From contig JANNRS010000033.1 in NCBI GenBank assembly GCA_031401615.1, forward strand, positions 1-46,971: a DNA stretch of 46,971 nucleotides. Direction: 5' to 3'. Numbering within the stretch: the stretch's first letter is position 1; every line of letters starts with the position of its first letter. The DNA comes from Minisyncoccota bacterium (lineage in GTDB: Bacteria > Patescibacteriota > Minisyncoccia > Phycocordibacterales > UBA9973). The notes below the pieces were generated by a model. The model saw nothing but the letters and a program-made list of their open reading frames with translations, did no database searches and was not told the DNA's origin. This document shows, piece by piece, positions 10,728 to 19,973 of this stretch. Made by a program: the position numbers and the translations under genes.

Positions 10728-13700
10728 TTATTGTGCTGTTACTTCTTCTGCTTCTGCGTCGACGACCTTTGGTGTCCCTCCTTGCAAATCTACGTCCAGT
10801 GATAATCCTCTCAAATAGTTAAGCATCACCGAGAACGATGCCGGTGCATTCGGCTCTCTGATTTTCTCTCCTTTAATGATGGCATCAAATGTCGCAGCTC
10901 GGCCACGAATATCATCAGACTTGATCGTTAACATTTCACGCAAAATATGTGATGCTCCGTATCCTTCCAAAGCCCAGACCTCCATTTCCCCAAAACGCTG
11001 TCCTCCAGACTGAGCTTTACCTCCGAGTGGTTGCTGAGTAATGAGTGAGTACGGACCGATTGAACGCATGTGAATCTTGTCTTCCACCATGTGGTGCAAT
11101 TTCAAGATGTACATATAACCAACTGCAATATCTTGTTCAAATTTTTCACCAGTTCGCCCATCGTAAAGTGGCACACATCCGTTTTCTGGAAAACCTGCCT
11201 CTTTAAGCTCAGCTTTAATCTCTGCATCAGAAGCTCCACAAAATGGTGGCACTATAGCTTGATAACCAAGTTCGTGAGCAGCCATACCCAAGTGAAGTTC
11301 AAGAATTTGTCCTAGATTCATACGAGATGGCACGCCGAGTGGAGTAAGGACAACGTCAACAGGGGTACCGTCTTCCATATATGGCATATCTTCTTCTGGA
11401 AGCACCACTGAAATAACACCTTTGTTTCCGTGTCGTCCAGCTAGTTTATCTCCAACTGAAATATTTCGAAGTTGTGCTACCTCAATAACAATTTTCTTGA
11501 TAACACCACTTTCTAGATTGTGACCTTGGTCACGTGAGAAAATCTTTACACGAATAATACGTCCACGCTTTCCATGGTCCATTTTCAGTGAGGTATCTTT
11601 TACATCACGAGCCTTTTCAGCAAAAATACTTCGAAGCAATCTCTCTTCTGGAGTAAGTTCTGTTTCACCTTTTGGAGTAATTTTCCCAACAAGTAAATCT
11701 CCCTCTTTAACTTCTGCTCCCACGCGGATAATACCGTCTTCGTCCAAATCTTTAAGACGAGTTTCTCCAACATTTGGAATATCACGAGTTGTAACTTCCG
11801 GACCAAGCTTGGTATCACGAACAACGCAAGTGAACTCAGCGATATATATAGAAGTAAATTTTGAATCCTTGATCAGTCTTTCAGAAAGGATAATCGCATC
11901 TTCGTAGTTGGCACCGTTCCAAGACATAAATGCCACGCGCATATTTTGTCCAAGCGCGATTTGGCCATGATCTGTTGTTGAACAGTCTGCAAGCAAATCT
12001 CCCTTCTTAACTTTTTGTCCAATAGTAACAACAGGGCGTTGATGCAGTGATGAGAAGTTGTTTGTTCTTTGAAAGTTCACCAAAAAATAGTGATGATCTT
12101 TACCACTTTTATCTCCCTTTACTGTGATCTTTGTTGCATCAAGAGACATAACTTCACCAGCTTCTAGTGCCATAACAAGACGACCTGAATAAGGAGCGGC
12201 TTCTTGCTCTATACCGGTTGCCACTAGTGGTGCTTCAGGACGAACAACAGGCACAGCTTGCTTTTGCATGTTACTTCCCATGAGGGCACGGTTAGCTTCA
12301 TTATGTTCGAAGAACGGGATCATACTAGTCGCCAGAGAGAAGGCTTGGTTGGTAGCCACGTCAATAAAATCAACCTTTGATTTATCAACAATACCTGGCA
12401 AAGTACGAATACGTGCTTCAACCTGACTTGGTAGATGGCCCTTTTCATCATAAGCAGTTCCAGCGTGGGCGATAGTATATCTTTCTTCTTCCAGAGCATT
12501 TAAATAAACAATTTCTTCAGTAATTTTCCCATTCTTAACTTTGACATAAGGAGTTTCAATAATACCAAAATCATTGATGCGAGCATAAATAGCCAAACGC
12601 AAGATAAGTCCAATGTTTGGACCTTCAGGGGTGTGGATAGGACAAACACGACCGTAGTGAGAAGTGTGCACGTCACGAACTTCAAGCGTGGCACGCTCAC
12701 GAGTCAAACCTCCGGGGCCGAGGGCTGAGACAGTTCGAAGAAGCTCAATTTCAGAGAGAACATTTTCTTGGTCCATGAATTGAGAGAGTTGGTTAGTTGT
12801 AAAAAATTCTTTAATACGAGCTTGGAGTGGACGCTGGTTAACAACTTGAATAGGGAGTGCGTTCATTGAGTCAATGGTACTCATACGGTCTTGCACGTTT
12901 CGCTTGATCTGAGTCATACCCATAAATATTTTTTGTTGAAGCAGTTCGCCAACGAACTTCACACGTCTTGAACCGAGGTGATCGATATCGTCTGGTTTTG
13001 ATCCAGGGGTCATGTTTAATGTTATGACATGATTGATTATCGCAGCGATATCTACCGCCGAGAGGGTCTTGCGAGCCATTTCCTTATCGCCCATATCGAG
13101 TTCAAAGCGGTTATTAAAACGAAATCGTCCAACTGGAGAAAGATCATAACGTTCCTCACTGAAAAGTGTAGTTATAAAATCTTTAGCATTGTCAGCAGTG
13201 GCTAAATCTCCATCTCGAAGTTTTCGATAAATTTCAACGTAAGCTTCTTGTGAACTTTTGCTAATATCTTTCTCTAGACAATGAGCAATAACGCCTTTGG
13301 CTACATCTCCCTTAAATAGTTTCTTTATTTCTTCATCTGTAGATACTCCGAGTGCCCGAAGAAGCGACACAATTGGGAATTTGCGCTTCTTGTCGATACG
13401 AACAAAGATTTCTCCAGATGGATCAGACTCTATTTCAATCCAAACACCACGGTTTGGGATAATCTTGGCGCCAAAGAACTTCTTGCCTTTTACTTCAAGT
13501 TCAGTAAAAAAGACACCTGATGATCTTGAGAGTTGTGGTACTAGAACTCTTTCAACGCCGTTGATGATAAATGTCCCGTGGTCGGTCATCATCGGAATAT
13601 CAGACATGAAAATTTCCTGTTCTTTTTCTGTACCTGTTTGTTTGTTAGTTAGTTTTATACGCGCTTTAAGCCCACTATCATATGAAAGTTTATTTTCTTT

Positions 13701-13949
13701 GGCATGATTTTCACCAAACTTTGGTTCTACTAAGTTGAAAGAAACAAAATCAAGCTGGAATTTTTTTCCAGAGTAATCATTGATAGGAGTGAATTCTTTA
13801 AAAACTTCCTTTATACCTTTTTCAATCAACCAGTTATAGGAATCTAATTGGTGTTGGATAAGGTTTGGGAACTCGGCTAGAGGCTTCTTATATTTCGAAA
13901 AGTACTTCTTGGGACGCGCAGTGCTGTGGTCTTTTGTAGTTTTACTCAT
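10728..13949 (-). CDS. rpoB: DNA-directed RNA polymerase subunit beta
   Basis: Conserved blocks GRHGNKGVIS, PFCGASD..., QRFGEMEVWALEGYGA. Product is 1073 aa. Confidence 0.97.
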   Translation of the reverse strand: MSKTTKDHSTARPKKYFSKYKKPLAEFPNLIQHQLDSYNWLIEKGIKEVFKEFTPINDYSGKKFQLDFVSFNLVEPKFGENHAKENKLSYDSGLKARIKLTNKQTGTEKEQEIFMSDIPMMTDHGTFIINGVERVLVPQLSRSSGVFFTELEVKGKKFFGAKIIPNRGVWIEIESDPSGEIFVRIDKKRKFPIVSLLRALGVSTDEEIKKLFKGDVAKGVIAHCLEKDISKSSQEAYVEIYRKLRDGDLATADNAKDFITTLFSEERYDLSPVGRFRFNNRFELDMGDKEMARKTLSAVDIAAIINHVITLNMTPGSKPDDIDHLGSRRVKFVGELLQQKIFMGMTQIKRNVQDRMSTIDSMNALPIQVVNQRPLQARIKEFFTTNQLSQFMDQENVLSEIELLRTVSALGPGGLTRERATLEVRDVHTSHYGRVCPIHTPEGPNIGLILRLAIYARINDFGIIETPYVKVKNGKITEEIVYLNALEEERYTIAHAGTAYDEKGHLPSQVEARIRTLPGIVDKSKVDFIDVATNQAFSLATSMIPFFEHNEANRALMGSNMQKQAVPVVRPEAPLVATGIEQEAAPYSGRLVMALEAGEVMSLDATKITVKGDKSGKDHHYFLVNFQRTNNFSSLHQRPVVTIGQKVKKGDLLADCSTTDHGQIALGQNMRVAFMSWNGANYEDAIILSERLIKDSKFTSIYIAEFTCVVRDTKLGPEVTTRDIPNVGETRLKDLDEDGIIRVGAEVKEGDLLVGKITPKGETELTPEERLLRSIFAEKARDVKDTSLKMDHGKRGRIIRVKIFSRDQGHNLESGVIKKIVIEVAQLRNISVGDKLAGRHGNKGVISVVLPEEDMPYMEDGTPVDVVLTPLGVPSRMNLGQILELHLGMAAHELGYQAIVPPFCGASDAEIKAELKEAGFPENGCVPLYDGRTGEKFEQDIAVGYMYILKLHHMVEDKIHMRSIGPYSLITQQPLGGKAQSGGQRFGEMEVWALEGYGASHILREMLTIKSDDIRGRAATFDAIIKGEKIREPNAPASFSVMLNYLRGLSLDVDLQGGTPKVVDAEAEEVTAQ

Positions 13950-14003
13950 TTTTGTATATAGCGTCCTCCGTCGTCGCCTCTGGTGCGACTCTGGCGGACA
14001 GGC

Positions 14004-14039
14004 AAAAAATCGCCAAAACGTCTAACATTTACGTTTGGC
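14004..14039 (-). terminator. Candidate attenuator/terminator hairpin in the rpoB leader
   Basis: Minus strand reads GCCAAACGT-AAATGTTAG-ACGTTTTGGC followed by GATTTTTTG. It lies between the predicted promoter and the rpoB ATG. Confidence 0.4.
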
Positions 14040-14112
14040 TTATCTAATAAAGGGTTTTCTCTAAAATACAGAATCTCTTGGCCGTAACTCTTCCGGGAGG
14101 TGTAAGGAGACA

Positions 14113-14141
14113 AATATAGCTTATATGCTTTGTAATGTCAA
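14113..14141 (-). promoter_or_regulatory. Candidate sigma-70 promoter for rpoB
   Basis: Minus strand reads TTGACA, a 17-nt spacer, then TATATT. It sits about 160 nt upstream of the rpoB start. Confidence 0.45.
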
Positions 14142-14239
14142 CCCGTTAGTGAGCCCAGGCACAGCATAAATTGCGTATGGGTTAAAAATCCATACAGTGC
14201 CTGGATCTACTACCGGATCAACCAAATCTCCATGTAATT

Positions 14240-14274
14240 AAAAAAGCCGTCCTCAAAATCAATTGAGAACGGCC
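14240..14274 (-). terminator. Rho-independent terminator after the 14302..14559 ORF
   Basis: Minus strand reads GCCGTTCTCA-ATTGATTT-TGAGGACGGC followed by TTTTTT. Confidence 0.55.
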
Positions 14275-14301
14275 TGTATTGTGCTTGGTTGTATTTTTTA
14301 A

Positions 14302-14559
14302 TTACCAAGGTTCTTCCCCTGTACCTTTAATTCTGTAACCATAAAATATTGGGGTTAACCCGTCACCTCTGTTTGTAGGCTTAGACGAGTAACCTAAACC
14401 ATGACTGAGATGAACCTTAGGGGCTTCTACTTCTTCAATGTATTCAATACTTTCCTCATTTTTTTGAGGCATACCAACCACTTTTAGTGGTAAAACTGCC
14501 GTAAGATTATTTGCGTTGGCTATTATGGCCTTTATTTTTTTTCTGAGTGTGTGTCCCAT
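14302..14559 (-). CDS. Hypothetical small protein
   Basis: ORF with no family I recognise. Start set at MGHTLRKK. It sits between trmD and the terminator. Confidence 0.4.
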   Translation of the reverse strand: MGHTLRKKIKAIIANANNLTAVLPLKVVGMPQKNEESIEYIEEVEAPKVHLSHGLGYSSKPTNRGDGLTPIFYGYRIKGTGEEPW

Positions 14560-14609
14560 AATTGTAAATTTGTTTATACAATAGCACGTATAGTACATAA
14601 AGTCAATAG

Positions 14610-15317
14610 TTAATTCTTCTGGCTTTCTCCTAAACCAGCTCCTGAGCTGGTCGGACGAACAATCTTTGATTGTTTTAGTCGCCAGGCTTCTATCTTTTTA
14701 TGGTCTCCCCCCACTAGAACAGGTGGGACTTTGTGCTTTTTGCCTTTATAAATAAGGATTTCTGGGCGAGTATAGACCCGTGGACTAGCTATTCGGGCTT
14801 CTTCTAAAGACTCTTTATCCCCTAAAACTCCAGGTATTTGACGGACTATGGCATCAGTCATAACGAGTGCAGGCAGTTCCCCCCCTGTCAAAACATAGTC
14901 ACCGATACTATATTCATCAGCTTTCAATATTTTACGTACCCGATCATCTACCCCTTCGTAACGTCCACAGATAAACACAACGTCGCTATAGCTTTTCGCC
15001 ATTTTCTTGGCTATGACATTGGTAAACATTTTGCCACTTGGAGAAAGCATTACCACCTTTATTTTTTTTGACTTGGGTGTCGGACTCCCAAGTTTAAGTT
15101 TTGAATAGGCGCGAAGTATTGGCTCAGCAGTCATGACCATACCGGGACCACCACCATACGGGCGAAGGTCAGTTTTACTGTGTCGGTCTTTTGAATAATC
15201 ACGAATATTAAGTACAGCAAAGTTCGCCAACTTTTTATCTTTGGCACGTTTAAGCATCGCTTCCCCGAGGTAGCTTTCAATCATTTCTGGAAATATGGTT
15301 AGAAAATGAAATTTCAT
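14610..15317 (-). CDS. trmD: tRNA (guanine37-N1)-methyltransferase
   Basis: MKFHFLTIFPEMIESY..., GGGPGMVM, DYVLTGGELPALVMTDAIVR. Start set at the MKFHF methionine. Confidence 0.9.
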   Translation of the reverse strand: MKFHFLTIFPEMIESYLGEAMLKRAKDKKLANFAVLNIRDYSKDRHSKTDLRPYGGGPGMVMTAEPILRAYSKLKLGSPTPKSKKIKVVMLSPSGKMFTNVIAKKMAKSYSDVVFICGRYEGVDDRVRKILKADEYSIGDYVLTGGELPALVMTDAIVRQIPGVLGDKESLEEARIASPRVYTRPEILIYKGKKHKVPPVLVGGDHKKIEAWRLKQSKIVRPTSSGAGLGESQKN

Positions 15318-15392
15318 ATTTAGATAGTAGTGTTTACTGAGTATAAAGTCAAAAGGTGCCACAATTTGTGGCACCTTATACAATACTTTATT

Positions 15393-15611
15393 CTAAAAAA
15401 CATTCTGCTTAAGGTAAATAAAGCCTACCCAAAGAAAATGCCCCGCCGCAGCTGTAATAAATAAAAATACAATAGCAAATATAACTCTTACAAAAGGAGC
15501 AAAAAACCCTCCAATTGGTCTGTTGTTTATTTTTGCAATTCTTTGCATAAAGAATGCAGCAGAGGTCAGAATGATGATTAAAAGAGCAGAGAAAAATCCT
15601 ATAGGCAACAT
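15393..15611 (-). CDS. Small hypothetical membrane protein
   Basis: Two predicted TM helices (MLPIGFFSALLIIILTSAAFF..., VIFAIVFLFITAAAGHFLWVGFIYL). It occupies the position where rimM is usually found. Confidence 0.35.
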   Translation of the reverse strand: MLPIGFFSALLIIILTSAAFFMQRIAKINNRPIGGFFAPFVRVIFAIVFLFITAAAGHFLWVGFIYLKQNVF

Positions 15612-15710
15612 AATAAAAAATTTAGAATGAATAATTTGTTTCCTTTTAACTATATCACATTTAAGTGATAATGTCAATATTAAACTTTGTCTTCGCCCAT
15701 ATATAAAATA

Positions 15711-16016
15711 TTATAAGTCTTTTAAATCAGCCATTGCGTCATCGAGGTTGGCCACATCGGGCGCTCTTTCGTAGCCAGCTGGTTCGTTGATCTTGAGGTT
15801 CACGCGGGCATTGTGCTTCATTCCCACAACACGAAGTAGTGTACGGATAGCCTTGGCAGTGTTGCCTTGGCGACCAATTATCTTACCCATATCGGTCGGA
15901 TTGACTGTCATAGTCAAAAGTACTCCCATCTCGTCCACTGTTCTATCTATAACAACGTCGTTTGGATTATCTACCAATGCCTTTACTACCATTTCCAAGA
16001 ATTCTTTATCATTCAT
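15711..16016 (-). CDS. KH-domain RNA-binding protein (YlqC/UPF0109-like)
   Basis: GKIIGRQGNTAKAIRTLL is a GxxG KH motif. This is the conserved position downstream of rpsP. Confidence 0.8.
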   Translation of the reverse strand: MNDKEFLEMVVKALVDNPNDVVIDRTVDEMGVLLTMTVNPTDMGKIIGRQGNTAKAIRTLLRVVGMKHNARVNLKINEPAGYERAPDVANLDDAMADLKDL

Positions 16017-16082
16017 ATCATTATCTGTCTTAAAGTATTAATACTGCTATTGTACTATTTTTCTCTTTCTTACGCGAGTGCG

Positions 16083-16159
16083 CGGAGTAATTTTGTTGGC
16101 GAGGACTGTTTGAGTCCGCCAACTGGCGGATGAGTTCCGCAGACAATAAAATTACTCCG
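16083..16159 (-). repeat. GC-rich long hairpin element E1 (homologous to 31684..31766)
   Basis: A 16-bp outer stem CGGAGTAATTTTGTTG / CAATAAAATTACTCCG with one G-U pair. The apex holds overlapping alternative hairpins. It lies 11 nt after the rpsP stop, inside the rpsP-KH operon. Confidence 0.6.
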
Positions 16160-16170
16160 AGCACAAGCGA

Positions 16171-16476
16171 CTATTTCTTCTTCGCTTCCTTCCTCTTCAC
16201 TGTTGGAGCCTTCTTTGAAAGCACGTTCTTTTTCTTGCCTTCTATCACTTTGTGCTTTATGAGCATATTGTGAACAGTTGGAGAAACTTGGGCGCCATTT
16301 TTGATCCAGTGAAGGATGCGGTCATTCTTGAGGATAACAGTATCACTCTTTGGTGTTTGAGAGCCTAGGATTTCTAGGAACTTACCACTTTGTGGACCAT
16401 TTTTTGAATCAGTAACAACCAAGCGAAATTGCGCTTCGTTCTTTCGTCCAATGCGTTGTAGTCGGATCTTTAACAT
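16171..16476 (-). CDS. rpsP: 30S ribosomal protein S16
   Basis: MLKIRLQRIGRKNEAQFRLVV... is the canonical S16 N-terminus. The ORF could also start two codons earlier, at 16482. Confidence 0.9.
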   Translation of the reverse strand: MLKIRLQRIGRKNEAQFRLVVTDSKNGPQSGKFLEILGSQTPKSDTVILKNDRILHWIKNGAQVSPTVHNMLIKHKVIEGKKKNVLSKKAPTVKRKEAKKK

Positions 16477-16557
16477 GTGCATCGGATAATAGCAGACAAT
16501 ATAAAAAGAGTCAAAGAAATTCTATGCGGATTCTAACTGCCATGTTACAGTATTGCC

Positions 16558-18513
16558 ATGCAGTCTAATACTACAGAACTCAAAATCGGAACCCAATTTG
16601 AGGGCTCTATAAATATATCTACTAAAGGTATCGGTTATGTACGGGTACGAGATCTGCCCGGCCAAAAAGGCGCCAATATCAGTATCGAAGTTCCTCGCGA
16701 AGCCCTGAACCGTGCTTTTCATGGCGACATTGTTTTAGTGGAAGTCACTGACCTTCCTCCAGCAGAGAACCCAAGAGGGAAAGTCATCGACATCCCCCGC
16801 CGAGCCAAAGTTGGTTATAGTGGCACACTATCTTTCGAACAAGGTTCTCACTGTATAGTGACCAACGACGGACGAATGTACACACCTATTGTTATTGCTG
16901 GCGACAAACTCTCTGGTGCTAAACAAGGAGACAAAGTTTTCTGTGCTATTACCGACTGGCCAGATCCGATGGGTACGCCAAAAGGTGAAGTCGTACGTGT
17001 ACTTGGTAAACCACTTGAGAACAATGCTGAGATGCTTTCCTTGGCTTTGGAAAAAGGATTTGACGATACTTATCCGGCTGAAGTTGAGGCAGAAGCTAAA
17101 AAAATTCACGAACATGGTATAACTCCCGAAGATATTTCTTCTCGTCGAGATTTTCGCACCACTACTACTTTCACTATCGACCCAGCTGATGCCAAAGACT
17201 TTGACGACGCTATCTCTGTGAAGTTTTTAGAAAATGGTAATACTGAAGTCGGTATTCACATTGCCGATGTTTCAAACTACGTTGTTCTAGGAACAGCGCT
17301 TGATGCCGAAGCCTACCGCCGTGCCACATCTGTCTATCTAGTTGACCGAACTATAGCTATGCTTCCAGAAGTGCTTTCCAATGAACTTTGCTCTTTGAAT
17401 CCTGATGTTGATCGACTAACGATGAGTGCGGTATTTGAAATCACGCCAAAGTTCGAAGTAGTTAACGAATGGTTTGGGAAAACGGTTATTCATTCTGCAT
17501 TTAGATTTACTTACGAAAATGCTCAAGAAGTTTTGGATACAAAAAACGGTCCTTATTTAAAAGAATTACAAGCAGCCTTAGTTATCGCCCAAGATCTGGA
17601 AAAGAAGCGTTTCAACGAAGGCGCACTGTCTCTCGATACTCCAGAAGTAAAGTTCACACTCGATACTACTGGTCACCCAATCGGTGTTTATGTAAAAACT
17701 CGTGGACAAACTCATCATATGATCGAAGAGCTAATGCTTTTGGCCAACAGAAAAGTTGCTCAGTTTATCGCCACTCGCGACAACAATGCTCAGGAAATAT
17801 TTATGTATCGTATTCATGATAAACCAGACCTCGACCGTATGGCCGACTTGCATTTATTTTTGAAACGTCTCGGTCACAACTTACCACTCGACAAAGATGG
17901 ATTTATCCCTTCTCGCGCCTTGAACGACTTGATGATCTCTCTCGATGGGAAACCTGAAAAAGAGACAGTTCAAATATCTATCGTGCGAAGTATGGCCAAG
18001 GCTATTTATTCAACCAAAAATCTTGGTCACTACGGTCTAGCTTTTGAATACTATACACACTTCACTTCTCCAATTCGTCGTTACCCTGACCTTGTTGTTC
18101 ACCGATTACTCCAAGCATATCTTCACGATGAAATTATCACTAAAGATACTTGGGTCACTTACGACAAGATTGCTTCTCACTCTTCAATTCGTGAGAAAGA
18201 AGCCGCGGATGCAGAACGAGCTTCAATCAAATATAAACAAACAGAATATATGGCTGACCGTATCGGTATGCAATTTGAAGGCTCTGTTACTGGAGTATCT
18301 ATGAATGGGCTCTTTGTTGAAGAAAAAGAAAGTCGCTGTGAAGGTATGATTAGACTTCGCGACTTAGGAGAAGACTATTTCGAATACAATGACAAAGAGC
18401 TTGCTATTGTTGGCAAGAGAACTAAAAAAACATTCCGTATTGGGGACAAAGTAAGGTTTAAGGTAGCAGGCGCTGATATTACCAAAAGAATGATCGACTA
18501 CAAACTTGTTTAA
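16558..18513 (+). CDS. rnr: Ribonuclease R / exoribonuclease II family (RNB domain plus C-terminal S1)
   Basis: RNB motifs (TIDPADAKDFDDAIS, HYGLAFEYYTHFTSPIRRYPDLVVHR) and an S1-like C-terminus. Confidence 0.9.
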   Translation: MQSNTTELKIGTQFEGSINISTKGIGYVRVRDLPGQKGANISIEVPREALNRAFHGDIVLVEVTDLPPAENPRGKVIDIPRRAKVGYSGTLSFEQGSHCIVTNDGRMYTPIVIAGDKLSGAKQGDKVFCAITDWPDPMGTPKGEVVRVLGKPLENNAEMLSLALEKGFDDTYPAEVEAEAKKIHEHGITPEDISSRRDFRTTTTFTIDPADAKDFDDAISVKFLENGNTEVGIHIADVSNYVVLGTALDAEAYRRATSVYLVDRTIAMLPEVLSNELCSLNPDVDRLTMSAVFEITPKFEVVNEWFGKTVIHSAFRFTYENAQEVLDTKNGPYLKELQAALVIAQDLEKKRFNEGALSLDTPEVKFTLDTTGHPIGVYVKTRGQTHHMIEELMLLANRKVAQFIATRDNNAQEIFMYRIHDKPDLDRMADLHLFLKRLGHNLPLDKDGFIPSRALNDLMISLDGKPEKETVQISIVRSMAKAIYSTKNLGHYGLAFEYYTHFTSPIRRYPDLVVHRLLQAYLHDEIITKDTWVTYDKIASHSSIREKEAADAERASIKYKQTEYMADRIGMQFEGSVTGVSMNGLFVEEKESRCEGMIRLRDLGEDYFEYNDKELAIVGKRTKKTFRIGDKVRFKVAGADITKRMIDYKLV

Positions 18514-19972
18514 CGCTGTAAAACAAAAACATGTTTTAATTTCTGTATTGATTACTTTACTAGTATGGGGTTTTTTCTTGTTCAAAACTCAAATAACCAA
18601 GACCTTAGCCGAGAACGTAGAAAGTATTAAACAAAATGTTAATAATGACGACTTACTAGCTGGTTTTAAAAAAGAAAGGACAAAAGGCATCACTATGTTC
18701 CGAGGCAACACCTCGCGCACTTTTTATGGGACCGGACCAATACCAACAAATCCTGGTGTACTTTGGCAATATCCAAAAGAAAAACCACTTTGTAGCAACT
18801 CGCCGGTTGCTGGAATCGCAAAGTATTGGTGTGGAAATGGTTGGACTGGACAGCCATCAGTTTGGGAGCACGAAGGAATTACAGAAATCATATTTGGTGC
18901 TTATGATAAACAAGTACACTTTTTAAATGCAGAAACTGGTGAACCTACTCGCCAACCCTTTATGACAGGAGACATTGTCAAAGGATCTGTAACATTAGAC
19001 CCAGATAATTTTCCACTTCTTTACACCGGATCAAGAGACAACTTTTATAGAATCATAGCGCTCGATAGAGATGTCCCGACAGAGCTCTGGAAGCTCGAAG
19101 CTAAAATAAGTGACGGTGTTTGGAATAATGATTGGGATGGAAATAGTTTGATTGAAGATGATATTTTATATGAAGGCAGTGAGAACGGACTCTTTCATAT
19201 CATCAAACTCAATCGTGAATACGACGCTTTGGGAAAAGTAACAGTGGCCCCAATAGAGCTCGTAACTATCCCAACTTTTTCAAAAGAATTTATAGACATC
19301 ATTGGTGATGAAGATCTCAGTATTGAAAGCTCCCCGCTTAAAATCGGTAACACTGTGTATATCGCAAACTCTGGAGGGCGAATTATGGGCTTTGATGTTT
19401 CAAATGTAGAACAAGGAATAGCTCCAACAGTTTTTGATTTTTGGACCGGTGATGATACTGATGCAACTCTTATTGCTGACGATGATGGATTTATCTACGC
19501 GGTAAGCGAAGAAGAGAGATTGAATGCTCGATCAAAAGAAGTTGGGCAGATCATAAAACTCGATCCAAAGAATCCGAGCTCTCCACTTGTTTGGAGTATC
19601 CAAGTTCCTAAGAAAAATGGTGTCACTGGTGGCGTCTGGGCCACACCGGCTCTCTATAGCGACCATCTTTATGTTCCAACAAACCCAGGAGACCTACTGA
19701 CTATAGATATAAAAACTGGGATTGTTACCGATAGTATTTTTGTCGGCACTCATGCTTGGTCTTCACCAAATATCGTTGACGGACAACTACTTCTAGGGAC
19801 TTGTGAAGGAAAACTACAAAACTACTCGCTAGGCGATCCATCAAAACCGGAACCAGTCTGGGAACTGCCAATAAAAAACCAAGGTTGCATCGAATCCACT
19901 CCCGCCATCTGGAAAGGCAACTTATATTTCGGCACTCGTGAAGGGTTTATTTTCAAAGTCGGACAAAAATAA
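18506..19972 (+). CDS. Membrane-anchored PQQ-like beta-propeller repeat protein
   Basis: N-terminal TM helix, then repeated propeller-like blades (W...G..., GGRIMGFD, DGFIYAVS, GNLYFGTREGFIFKV). The TTG start overlaps the rnr stop by 8 nt, so the start is uncertain. Confidence 0.7.
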   Translation: MFNAVKQKHVLISVLITLLVWGFFLFKTQITKTLAENVESIKQNVNNDDLLAGFKKERTKGITMFRGNTSRTFYGTGPIPTNPGVLWQYPKEKPLCSNSPVAGIAKYWCGNGWTGQPSVWEHEGITEIIFGAYDKQVHFLNAETGEPTRQPFMTGDIVKGSVTLDPDNFPLLYTGSRDNFYRIIALDRDVPTELWKLEAKISDGVWNNDWDGNSLIEDDILYEGSENGLFHIIKLNREYDALGKVTVAPIELVTIPTFSKEFIDIIGDEDLSIESSPLKIGNTVYIANSGGRIMGFDVSNVEQGIAPTVFDFWTGDDTDATLIADDDGFIYAVSEEERLNARSKEVGQIIKLDPKNPSSPLVWSIQVPKKNGVTGGVWATPALYSDHLYVPTNPGDLLTIDIKTGIVTDSIFVGTHAWSSPNIVDGQLLLGTCEGKLQNYSLGDPSKPEPVWELPIKNQGCIESTPAIWKGNLYFGTREGFIFKVGQK

Positions 19973-19973
19973 A

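Noticed and set aside
13297-13707. 136-aa plus-strand ORF and many other 60-100-aa ORFs nested antisense or out of frame in rpoB, rpoC, rpoD, dnaG, typA, ligA, gatA and other genes.
   Set aside because: All lie inside strongly supported conserved genes and have low-complexity or hydrophobic nonsense composition.
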